Source of the DNA: a virus
IMG/VR virus record: IMGVR_UViG_3300020200_000015
Coordinates: 1-64,000 of that record
DNA: 64,000 nucleotides
Reading direction: 5' to 3' (one strand)
Shown: positions 25,937 through 34,312 of the stretch, piece by piece
Numbering within the stretch: position 1 is the stretch's first letter
How the letters are laid out: each line of letters opens with the position of its first letter
Notes under the pieces: generated by a model
The model's database searches: none
Seen by the model: the letters and a program-made list of their open reading frames with translations, nothing else
Told to the model about the DNA's origin: nothing
Position numbers and translations under genes: made by a program

Positions 25937-27054
25937 TGCTGGATGCAGGTGATCAAGTAGGTAAAGCCTTCCTCTTCGATCCAAAGCTTGCCGTCGCTTT
26001 GCACATTGCATACGACAGAATCGGGGCTTTGAGTAACAATCGCGCCGTCAAGGAAGTTGTTTACCTGATACGAATACTTGGCGATAACGCCGTCGCCCAT
26101 GTCTTCGAGATCACCTGGCATCTTGAAGGAGCTAGCAGTGATGGTCTCACTGCCCTCAGCACGATTGCTGATCGACAAGTGCAGCTCAACCTTGTCGTCC
26201 TTCTTAGTAATCTCGATGTTGAGCGACTTGTAGACTTGATCGGTCAAGATCATCAATCGATTGATGACGCCGATGAATTCTTGCTTAGGAATCGTGATGA
26301 GAACTCCCTGCTGCTTGGTTGACAAGAAGTTCTTGTATGGGACAAACTTGGCATCAATCAGTCGCACACTAGCGATGAGGTTGATATCCTCACAAATGAT
26401 GACAACCTGCTTGGCGTTCGTACTGAGGCCAAGAGTTACGTCGCCATGACAATACTCAAGAATGCCGCCGAACAACGGCATCAGCAAGATAGAGTCGCCC
26501 GTGTAGGCAATCGGCGTATTGGCAACACTCAGACGCCGATTGTCAGTAGCGGCAAAGTTGCCATCGAAGTTCACACCCTGGTAGCTGATCTTCGTCACAT
26601 CCTTGCTGACGGCAACAACAGCCTTTGCCCAGGGATGTTGAAGTGCAGAGGCGTCACAGCGACCAATCACATTATGCGCATAATCGTTGACCGGGAACTC
26701 CGAGGGGTCAGCGTAGCGCGGAAGCTCGTACTTGCCGTTTGTGACGACGACAATCGGGCCGTTGATCTTATCTTGGCGAATGTCAACGTCTGCTGTTGTG
26801 CTAGCCTTCAAGATAGCAGACAGCAGACGGTACTCAACGAGGAAGTGCTCTGGGAAATCGTCAACGTTAGCGAGTGCAAGGTCGCCATAATCGACAGTCA
26901 AGAAAGCGTTGAAGTCAGTTGTACTAACAAGCAAACGCCTCGTCTCACGATTCAGACGAAACTGCACATAATCGGCAACCTTCATGATTTTGTTGCCAAC
27001 CGCAGTCCCCAAGATATTGAGAATGCCAACCAGACGATCTCTATTCAGAATCAC
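25933..27054 (-). CDS. dnaN: DNA polymerase III beta sliding clamp
   Basis: 373 aa; STTDF, .P.EFP, AATDNRRLS and RLIDAKFVPY match beta-clamp motifs. Confidence 0.85.
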   Translation of the reverse strand: MILNRDRLVGILNILGTAVGNKIMKVADYVQFRLNRETRRLLVSTTDFNAFLTVDYGDLALANVDDFPEHFLVEYRLLSAILKASTTADVDIRQDKINGPIVVVTNGKYELPRYADPSEFPVNDYAHNVIGRCDASALQHPWAKAVVAVSKDVTKISYQGVNFDGNFAATDNRRLSVANTPIAYTGDSILLMPLFGGILEYCHGDVTLGLSTNAKQVVIICEDINLIASVRLIDAKFVPYKNFLSTKQQGVLITIPKQEFIGVINRLMILTDQVYKSLNIEITKKDDKVELHLSISNRAEGSETITASSFKMPGDLEDMGDGVIAKYSYQVNNFLDGAIVTQSPDSVVCNVQSDGKLWIEEEGFTYLITCIQQ

Positions 27055-27335
27055 GACGCAGGTTCCTTCTTATCGGTTTGTGAATCAGATGACGCCTTCC
27101 TAGCCGCATTGGGATCGTAACCAATTTCCTTCAGCACCATCTCAGACCCAATGAGCAGAATAGTCTCATTTGCGTCCTTCATAGCGGCGGCACCGAACAC
27201 CTTTGCCCAAGGAATTGTCACAGACTTGTGACGCCTCTTCACCTTGAAGGTGATACCACCCGGAGTCACTGTCACGGTGACGCCCGGATAGCCAGTCAAC
27301 TCTCTCACAAGCGGCTTGCTCAGGACCGTACCCAT
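27051..27335 (-). CDS. hypothetical protein
   Basis: KPLVRE...VTVTP.GITFK.KRR...V.IPW; ATGA overlap with dnaN. Confidence 0.65.
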   Translation of the reverse strand: MGTVLSKPLVRELTGYPGVTVTVTPGGITFKVKRRHKSVTIPWAKVFGAAAMKDANETILLIGSEMVLKEIGYDPNAARKASSDSQTDKKEPAS

Positions 27336-27762
27336 ACTTTTCCTTCAGTAAATCGATGTAGCTTGCAGGAATCTTCTCACCGCCTGGAAGCAAACGCTGC
27401 TTCCACTGCTGTATGAGCCATGCCAAATCTTCGGCAATCTCATCATCAGTTGGCGGTAGCCATTCAGCAAGAGGTCTACTCTTGACCTGAACTAGCCTAT
27501 CAGCCAGCTTACCGGGTTTGTATCCTCGTCTAAGTAATTCCGAGGTGGCTTTTGCATGGGACCACTTGAGAAACGACGGATGATACATGTAGACTGGAAC
27601 GAGCGGGTCATCCCAGTCTGGATTCGGGATGTCATTATGTACGTCGTGAATGATGCCAAGCAGCCGAATAGTCATCAACCTGAACGAGAGCAGTTGCCTC
27701 GTTGCCAGATAGACATACGGCACGCGCACGAAGCGCACTGCTGGCCAATCACCCCAAGCCAT
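27166..27762 (-). CDS. divergent pyrimidine-dimer glycosylase (DenV/Pyr_excise)-like protein
   Basis: L.TRQLL ... L...H.....EL.RRGY pattern; catalytic residues not evident. Confidence 0.4.
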   Translation of the reverse strand: MAWGDWPAVRFVRVPYVYLATRQLLSFRLMTIRLLGIIHDVHNDIPNPDWDDPLVPVYMYHPSFLKWSHAKATSELLRRGYKPGKLADRLVQVKSRPLAEWLPPTDDEIAEDLAWLIQQWKQRLLPGGEKIPASYIDLLKEKYGYGPEQAACERVDWLSGRHRDSDSGWYHLQGEEASQVCDNSLGKGVRCRRYEGRK

Positions 27763-28115
27763 TACGTAACTTTCCAGATGCCGTCGGGACGCATCCTACA
27801 TATTGCAAGTACTTGATATAGGGCAGTCTTCACGTTGCCATCGGTTGAATCCCAATAGCTGATGCCCATCTCATTCCCAAGCTGGGCGATAGCTTTCTCT
27901 AGAATCGGGATAGCGTTGGCGGCAAGGGAACCATCAAGCGCTTTGATACCACCATTGATGACTTTGTACAAACGATCAGCGTAGTTGTACGTCATTGCGA
28001 GGCCGAGCTGCGTCGTGCCGCCGACAGCATAAATTGATCCTCGCATGAAGTGCTTTTCTTCAGAATGCAAGACTCTACCAGTCACAGGGTGACACAGGTC
28101 GAGGTCGTAGCTCAT
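27762..28115 (-). CDS. conserved phage hypothetical protein
   Basis: MSYDL..., TYNY, GI..LDG, YW....GN and RPDGIW. Confidence 0.7.
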   Translation of the reverse strand: MSYDLDLCHPVTGRVLHSEEKHFMRGSIYAVGGTTQLGLAMTYNYADRLYKVINGGIKALDGSLAANAIPILEKAIAQLGNEMGISYWDSTDGNVKTALYQVLAICRMRPDGIWKVT

Positions 28116-28984
28116 TATTCTTTGAATGATGGCACCTTAGTGCCTTGACGAAGATCAAAAGATTCAACAACATTGGCAACTTCGCCAGTTCGCCAGACAG
28201 CCTCTTGCAGTTCGACGCTGTTGACGAAATAGCCGTCACCATGAAGAAGGTCAAACGCAGCGCACACCTCATCTTCAGACATGATGTGGCGGTCGCCACG
28301 AAACGGGAACTCCCAATACGGGTTGCGTGAATTCTTAGCCGCTAGGTAGCGCTCGAAGAAGTCACGATCCGATACGGTAGCATAATGTGGATCAACTGTG
28401 GCTACCAACTTGATGGCATCGTTAGTCTTTGCCTCAGTTAGCAACGCAGCGTTGTACACGCGCTGCGACTCAGTTTGGCTTGGTTGAACCTCCCAATAGA
28501 GGTTATCACCGTACAACTCGCTCAGTTCAGCGTAGCAAGTAGCTATGCCGTTCATGCCAGCGGCAAAGAATCTTGCCGCAGCCCATCCCTTGATGTCCGA
28601 CGTTAGGCAGATGATGCCCTCATTGAACTTGGCAAGTGCAGCCATATCCACGCGAGGATGGTAATAGAAGTACATTGAGCCAATAGTGGCAAGCTTAGTC
28701 AGGTTACTAAGCCCGACACTATTCTTCGCCAAAAGCACCAGCGTACTAGACTGCTGCTGCTTCAGCGATTTGTCCTGCGCTACATTGACTTCCATGCCGA
28801 AGATCGGCTTGACGCCGGTCTTCTTGCACGCATTATAGAGTTGAATAACGCCGCTCAACGTGCCGTTATCGGTCACGCAAGCGGCGCTACCGCCCAACTC
28901 CAGGACGCGCTCAACCAGCCGAGATGGCTTTATGAGAGATCTTCCTACCGACCTGTCAGTGTGACAATGTAGGTGGACAAACAT
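28115..28984 (-). CDS. dnaE: DNA polymerase III alpha, stand-alone N-terminal PHP domain
   Basis: FVHLHCHT..S, A.CVTD.G, KPIFGME, LVLLAKN..G..NL.KL, PRVD, DPHY and C-terminal VPSF. Confidence 0.92.
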   Translation of the reverse strand: MFVHLHCHTDRSVGRSLIKPSRLVERVLELGGSAACVTDNGTLSGVIQLYNACKKTGVKPIFGMEVNVAQDKSLKQQQSSTLVLLAKNSVGLSNLTKLATIGSMYFYYHPRVDMAALAKFNEGIICLTSDIKGWAAARFFAAGMNGIATCYAELSELYGDNLYWEVQPSQTESQRVYNAALLTEAKTNDAIKLVATVDPHYATVSDRDFFERYLAAKNSRNPYWEFPFRGDRHIMSEDEVCAAFDLLHGDGYFVNSVELQEAVWRTGEVANVVESFDLRQGTKVPSFKE

Positions 28985-28987
28985 CTC

Positions 28988-29260
28988 TCACTGGATTGAT
29001 TCGTCACCGTCAAACAGCTTCTCGCTGCCATTAGTCTCGGCGTTATCCGTGACTGGGACAAGAGTGAGGCTATTGTCATCGTTGATGATCATATCAAAAA
29101 GACCACCGACGCGGAAGCCAAGCTCATGCAGGTATTGCGCGCTGAACCTGATGGCTGGAATCTTCTGTCCGTTAGCGGTTGACACGTTGTACGCCATCTT
29201 GAGACGGCGCTTACGCGGGACTTCAACGGCAACCTTGATGTAGAGCTTATCGTTTTGCAT
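28988..29260 (-). CDS. SymE-like (AbrB-fold) protein
   Basis: IPAIRFSAQYLHELGFRVG matches the SymE P.IRL.G.WL...GF..G motif. Confidence 0.65.
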   Translation of the reverse strand: MQNDKLYIKVAVEVPRKRRLKMAYNVSTANGQKIPAIRFSAQYLHELGFRVGGLFDMIINDDNSLTLVPVTDNAETNGSEKLFDGDESIQ

Positions 29261-29274
29261 GGCTTTGGAATTGG

Positions 29275-29493
29275 TTAGACCTTAACCACTATACGGCTAG
29301 TAACTAGCTTTGTAAAGTGCTCCAAGGTAGATATGCAAGTTATTTTTGCCAGCTTCATGAATACCGACAAGCGATCGATATTCGCTAGCGGGAACCAGTA
29401 CTGCGCTTGAGTTGGGCAGCTCTCTCTAGCCTCACAGATTGCCATGAGTTCTTTGCTATGCTCAAGCTCAAACAGCACAACGTTGTCAGGCAT
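29275..29493 (-). CDS. hypothetical protein
   Basis: Overlaps the sigma-like gene stop. Confidence 0.5.
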   Translation of the reverse strand: MPDNVVLFELEHSKELMAICEARESCPTQAQYWFPLANIDRLSVFMKLAKITCISTLEHFTKLVTSRIVVKV

Positions 29494-30103
29494 TTTTGAT
29501 TCTAACTTTCAAAATTGATTCTACCGCCGGCTGGATCCTGCTATACAGTACGTGGCGCACGCGACTTGTCAAGATGCCGAGCCTACCAGCAACAGCCTCT
29601 GGTGGATTACCTTGACGAAGCAGATCGAAAATCTTGCGGTCATCAGGCTTCAGCAAGTTAGAGACGGCATCACAGATATCGTTACCGTGAACTACGTCGT
29701 TGACATCTGGCTGAATCAATTCAGGCTCGGTGATGTAGTCGAACGACGACATCTCATCTGAATCTGTCTCGCCCAAGATTGGGATGATGGCACCCTTCGG
29801 CTTACGCTTCGCAACATTGGCAGCGTACTTCTCATCAATCATTGCGTTGCGAACGTAGGTGATGAAGAGCTTCAAGAACCTTCTCTCATTGTGCTCTTCA
29901 GAAAATCCGTCCTCGTAGACGAACTTGATGCAAGCCTCATGAAGCTTGACTAGCGCGAGGTTGTACAGACTGTCAACATCCTCAACTCGCTTCAACATTG
30001 CGTCACGCGAATAGGGCATGACAATACTCCGAATCATTTGCGCAAGCTTCTTCTCGATTTCGTTGAAGCCGACAGGTTTCTTGTTGATGATGATTGCTAG
30101 CAT
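29486..30103 (-). CDS. ECF/sigma-70-like factor
   Basis: Region-2-like VDSLYNLALVKL...F..YVRNAMID; region 4 L...DRKIF.L...G....VA..LG; GGAGG SD before ATG 30103. Confidence 0.75.
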   Translation of the reverse strand: MLAIIINKKPVGFNEIEKKLAQMIRSIVMPYSRDAMLKRVEDVDSLYNLALVKLHEACIKFVYEDGFSEEHNERRFLKLFITYVRNAMIDEKYAANVAKRKPKGAIIPILGETDSDEMSSFDYITEPELIQPDVNDVVHGNDICDAVSNLLKPDDRKIFDLLRQGNPPEAVAGRLGILTSRVRHVLYSRIQPAVESILKVRIKNA

Positions 30104-30130
30104 TTGCCTCCCTAACGCTTGGCAACAGGC

Positions 30131-30175
30131 TAACCGCAACGCCATTGCAGGCAAGCGCAAAGCAAACTTTTTTTA
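30131..30175 (-). promoter_or_regulatory. possible sigma70-type promoter with upstream A-tract for the replication operon
   Basis: Minus strand AAAAAAAGTTT ... TTGCCT-16 nt-TAGCCT. Confidence 0.35.
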
Positions 30176-30188
30176 GCCGCAAGCCAGT

Positions 30189-31250
30189 TCACTTTTTAAC
30201 CTGCGTAACTTTGTGGCGTGTAACAGTTAACGGTCCAGCCAACTGATCAGACTCATAATGGCAGTACCGAGTCCCAAAATCAATTGCATGAAATAACTCT
30301 TCTGGCGTGCAGTCTCCAGGATCCTTGCCGATTGGGCACATGTAGATCCATGCAGCTTTTCCGACAGTTGGGATCATTCTATCGACCAGATCCCAACCAC
30401 GCAAGCCATCAAGGTCTGGCATGATGCCGTGATTGTCAAAGTCTTTGAGTAGTCGCAACTGCTGATCACTAATCATGTTAGTGAAGCAAGCCATCGGATG
30501 AACACTACCCAACGTCAGCGACTCGATCTTAATAGCATCGAGAATCGACTCGACCATGATGTACGAGCGCGCTTCAAGACAACTATCGTAGTTGAACAGA
30601 ATCTCACCCTGCGGCGAGTTCTTGGGATAGCGCTTCGCGCCACCCTTCTTAGGCTGAGCGTAGAAGACGCTTCGCAACTGCCCGCGAAACTTGATAGGTA
30701 TGACGATGGCATAGCCGATAGACTGGCTCATTGTGCAGCCAATCTCGAACTTGTCCATGTACTCTGGCGTTATGTGACGCTCGGTAGTCAGCCATTCCCT
30801 AGCTGCAATCGACTGATTATCATGGCACTTGGTAATCAGCTTGTAGTCGTCAGGAAGATCAAAGTACTCAATAGGCTTGTCATCTTCAATCTGCGGCTTG
30901 GCTATCTTCAACTTAAGAACAAGCGCATCAGTGCCATCAACATTGGCGCTACCAAAACGCTCTTGCAGAACATCGATAGCTTGTGGAAAGCTGATGTTCA
31001 TGCAGTGGCTAATGAGATGGACTAGGTTGCCTTTGAAGTTGCAAGCCCAGCAATTGAAAAGCCCTTTGAACTTTCCAGACTCAGCAATGCTGATTCTCTT
31101 CTTATGCCTGTCCTCGGCATGATTATCAGTTGGACAAGCAAAGTACAGCTCATGCCCATTCTTATTTGATCGCCTCTCAAAGTCGAGGCCAAGATTAGTC
31201 AGAACCAGCGCCACCTCTGAGCGCTGCATTAGCAAGCCAAAGTCAATCAT
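30189..31250 (-). CDS. dnaG: DNA primase (zinc finger plus TOPRIM)
   Basis: CP...H.E, FNCWAC...G, VESILDA and PDLD..G. Confidence 0.9.
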   Translation of the reverse strand: MIDFGLLMQRSEVALVLTNLGLDFERRSNKNGHELYFACPTDNHAEDRHKKRISIAESGKFKGLFNCWACNFKGNLVHLISHCMNISFPQAIDVLQERFGSANVDGTDALVLKLKIAKPQIEDDKPIEYFDLPDDYKLITKCHDNQSIAAREWLTTERHITPEYMDKFEIGCTMSQSIGYAIVIPIKFRGQLRSVFYAQPKKGGAKRYPKNSPQGEILFNYDSCLEARSYIMVESILDAIKIESLTLGSVHPMACFTNMISDQQLRLLKDFDNHGIMPDLDGLRGWDLVDRMIPTVGKAAWIYMCPIGKDPGDCTPEELFHAIDFGTRYCHYESDQLAGPLTVTRHKVTQVKK

Positions 31251-32596
31251 TAGAGATCGTGCGGCCTCTTATCAGTGTCCATCAAGGTTGACGTATTTGC
31301 GAACATTTCAAAGTAGGCACACGAATTGGCCTCGCCATCACGCTGCTTGGCAACGTGTATCTCGAGAATATCATCATCGAGATCCTCAACATAGTACTTG
31401 TTGCGGTGTGCGAGGAGGACAAGGTTAGCCTCTTCAGCATAAGCGTTGGCGTTCTTGATATCGATTAGCGTCGGTCGCTTGATCTTGCCACCCTTCGTCT
31501 TGCCATACCCCTGGCGACCCACCTGAACTACAAGCACAAAGTGAACATCAAGCTCTTTCGCCAGCACGCGCATTCGCTTACATTCTTTCTGAATCCTAGT
31601 AGCTAGATTCTCACCCGTATCAACATCCTCGATCTTACCGAAGAGATCGATAAAAATCACCTTCGGGCTATGGCCGCGCCTTGTAGCGCTCTGCAATTGG
31701 TACAAAACGTTATCAATCGACAAGCTCGCCTGGTCGTTGATTAGCAAAGGCAGCTTCCTGACCTGCTCGATTGCCATCTTGATATTGCGCTTGTCATCTG
31801 GCGTTAGCTCGCCAGACTTCTTCTTTAGCTTCACAAGCTCGATTTGAGTCAACGTAGCAACGAGCTTGTCCATCATGGACATGTCAGTTGATTCCATGCT
31901 GAACAGCGCCGTTCCGATACCAGCGACCGAGATACGGTGCGCCATGTTGATGGCAATCGTTGACTTCGCCATGCCCGTAAAGCCGCCCAAGATGGATATC
32001 TGCTTGGGTGCAAAGCCATCAGACAGCAGGGTATCGAGCGCTGTGAAACCAGTCGTACAGAATGGCCTCCGTGCACGGTCGTCAATATCGACCAAGTATG
32101 CATCAGCAAGCTCTGACGAATCTCTGAACCGATAATTGGTATCGCCAGCCTGCTCACAGTCAGCTGCAATGTCACGCGACAGCTCACGAATCCGATCAAT
32201 GGTTGTTGTCGGATCGTTCGAAAGCCTGATTAGCTCCTGTGCGCGCTGAGTGGCAAGCTTAGACTTGACAACTTGCAGCTTGAACTTGTCAAGAAATACC
32301 TTGTAGTTCTCAGTCGGCGCAAGAAACGACTCACGCAGCAATCTGATGTACTGCGCGCCGCCGTAGTCTTTATCGCCATCACCTGGAAACGATTCAACAA
32401 CTAGCTGAAAGCTATCTTCATCTGGTTGCCGAATGCCCAGCTTCGCCATCTGCAAAAGGCAGTAGGCGATGACTCTGTGGTTCTGAGCACTGAAGCTCAG
32501 CCAGTTACAGTCAACTATGAAGAGCTGGTAGCATGATGAGTCATTGAGTGCGTGGCCAAGTACTGTCTGCTCAAGGGCGATACCATCAGCCGCCAT
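31250..32596 (-). CDS. dnaB: replicative DnaB-like helicase
   Basis: TGF..LD, GFTGMAKS, FSME, IFID, LAKEL.V, RP.L.D.K and AKQRDG. Confidence 0.93.
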   Translation of the reverse strand: MAADGIALEQTVLGHALNDSSCYQLFIVDCNWLSFSAQNHRVIAYCLLQMAKLGIRQPDEDSFQLVVESFPGDGDKDYGGAQYIRLLRESFLAPTENYKVFLDKFKLQVVKSKLATQRAQELIRLSNDPTTTIDRIRELSRDIAADCEQAGDTNYRFRDSSELADAYLVDIDDRARRPFCTTGFTALDTLLSDGFAPKQISILGGFTGMAKSTIAINMAHRISVAGIGTALFSMESTDMSMMDKLVATLTQIELVKLKKKSGELTPDDKRNIKMAIEQVRKLPLLINDQASLSIDNVLYQLQSATRRGHSPKVIFIDLFGKIEDVDTGENLATRIQKECKRMRVLAKELDVHFVLVVQVGRQGYGKTKGGKIKRPTLIDIKNANAYAEEANLVLLAHRNKYYVEDLDDDILEIHVAKQRDGEANSCAYFEMFANTSTLMDTDKRPHDL

Positions 32597-33458
32597 TCAG
32601 AATACTCCTGCGAATGTCGCTCGACAGAACCTGACGATGGTCCTGACCAACTAGAACGATTTCAGCACAGTGCTCCTGAAGCATACTCGCAACGTGGGGG
32701 CTAAAGTCCACGTAAGCATCTTTAATCGTTCTGTTCGAGGTGAATATACACGGTTTGTTACCCTGTAGCCTTTCGCGCAAGAGGTTATCAAAGAGCGCCC
32801 TCTCGATACCAGTCGCAGTTTTGTAAACTTTGTCAAGGTCATCGATAATCAACAAGTCTGATTTCTTGATGCCTCTTGCGATGATGGCAGCCTCATCATC
32901 GCGCCAGCCACGAATCTCATTCTGAATGATGACTGCCATGGTGTAGTACTTGACGGTCTTACCAAGCATGACGGTCTTATTGGCAATGCAGCAAGCGAGG
33001 TATGTTTTGCCTACGCCATTGGGGCCGGTCAGGTACAGACCATAGCCCTTGCTAATCATGTTGCTCAAGCTACCGACATATGACTCCACTACCTTGTAGC
33101 TCTCATCATTGATGTTTTTTTCGACATCATTGCGACCAACATTGACCCACTTGCGCATATCGACATCATGGTACCTGGGCGGGATGTTCGATTCGCTACG
33201 AAGCTTATCAGCCAGCAACTTCCGCTTGCGGATCAACTTGCAAATGCAATCAGCAGTTCTGACCGAACCATCGACCTTTATCAGCGTTCCAGTCTGGTGG
33301 CAATTAGCGCAAGCCCACTCCTTCGTATGAAGGTAATGGTTCGCAAGAACCAGCTTATCTCTTTCACTTAGATTGGAATACTTGGCCTCAACTATCTTCT
33401 CAGCTTCCTGCCTTGTCCTGGGCATACTTGATCCAGTCGATTGGTTCCCTGCCGTCAT
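32586..33458 (-). CDS. DnaC/IstB-like helicase loader ATPase
   Basis: CANC..TG...C.C, IP.RY, GLYLTGPNGVGKT, LLIIDDL and FTSN. Confidence 0.9.
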   Translation of the reverse strand: MTAGNQSTGSSMPRTRQEAEKIVEAKYSNLSERDKLVLANHYLHTKEWACANCHQTGTLIKVDGSVRTADCICKLIRKRKLLADKLRSESNIPPRYHDVDMRKWVNVGRNDVEKNINDESYKVVESYVGSLSNMISKGYGLYLTGPNGVGKTYLACCIANKTVMLGKTVKYYTMAVIIQNEIRGWRDDEAAIIARGIKKSDLLIIDDLDKVYKTATGIERALFDNLLRERLQGNKPCIFTSNRTIKDAYVDFSPHVASMLQEHCAEIVLVGQDHRQVLSSDIRRSILNGG

Positions 33459-34110
33459 CCTTAACGCCCCTCATGGTGTTGCTGTGCCTGACCTCACCTC
33501 TAGCCATACGGCTTGCCGCAGTTACGAAAGCCTTGCGCAGCTGAAAGTGAGACTTTTTCTCAAGTAGCTGAAGCCCTTCCTCTGACTTGAGAACCTTATC
33601 TCTAAACCAAATCAAGATAGGCATCCAATTCTCAGGCTTGATTTGAATACCAGCAAGACCATCGATTATCTCAAGCTGATAAGCGTCAGTGTGAGCGCCA
33701 ATTTGCAGCATGATTGATTGGAACAACCCCTTGGCGATTTCCGGCACAGACGCACAGAAGAGGTCAATGTCCTTCTTATCCAGGTCGTGACGCCTTTTCT
33801 GATTGACTGACTTGGTCAATTGACCAAGCTTTGCAGCTTCAGTCTTTGCGATGTCAACTGAAGCAATCGCTGCTTCAAGAATCTTCATGCCGCTATCAAA
33901 CTTGATTTCACCGCAGTAGTTGATTGATGATTTGTAGCGAGTGTAAATCCGAGTCGGCTGATCGTCAAGCTCAACGATAATCGTTCTGTCACCTTTCTCA
34001 ATCATCAGTAGCCTTTCAGCCTTCTGATTCTTCAACTTCTCAATCACTCTTTTAGCTTCTGCTTCATCAGAAGCAACGATGAAGAAACCGTCAACCGTGA
34101 ATTGTGGCAT
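33400..34110 (-). CDS. hypothetical protein, positional candidate for replication initiator
   Basis: Lies between the candidate origin and loader-DnaB-primase; no motif recognised. Confidence 0.4.
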   Translation of the reverse strand: MPQFTVDGFFIVASDEAEAKRVIEKLKNQKAERLLMIEKGDRTIIVELDDQPTRIYTRYKSSINYCGEIKFDSGMKILEAAIASVDIAKTEAAKLGQLTKSVNQKRRHDLDKKDIDLFCASVPEIAKGLFQSIMLQIGAHTDAYQLEIIDGLAGIQIKPENWMPILIWFRDKVLKSEEGLQLLEKKSHFQLRKAFVTAASRMARGEVRHSNTMRGVKDDGREPIDWIKYAQDKAGS

Positions 34111-34127
34111 TGGATTGTTGGCAGTTA

Positions 34128-34312
34128 CGAGTTAACTTTCAAGCTTCAATACCCCTACCCCCTTGCCCCCCCACACCCCCCCATACCCCCACCCCCAAGG
34201 GTCAAAAAAAGAAAAAGTCATTTTGTGTTTCGAGTTAACTTGATAAGTCAACTTGTTGGTAAGTCAAATCAGGTTCAGCCTATCCTCTCTCGAACTTTCA
34301 AATCAAAGTTCG
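34128..34312. other. candidate replication origin: C-tract/G-tract block flanked by CGAGTTAACTT direct repeats, an A-tract and an inverted repeat
   Basis: CGAGTTAACTT at 34128 and 34231; six C4-C7 runs at ~34152-34196; CGAACTTT/AAAGTTCG at 34291-34312. Confidence 0.5.

Noticed and set aside
22976-28984. Split intein or group I intron explanation for the two dnaE parts
   Set aside because: No intein termini were seen, and the intervening DNA is filled with ordinary genes including the clamp.
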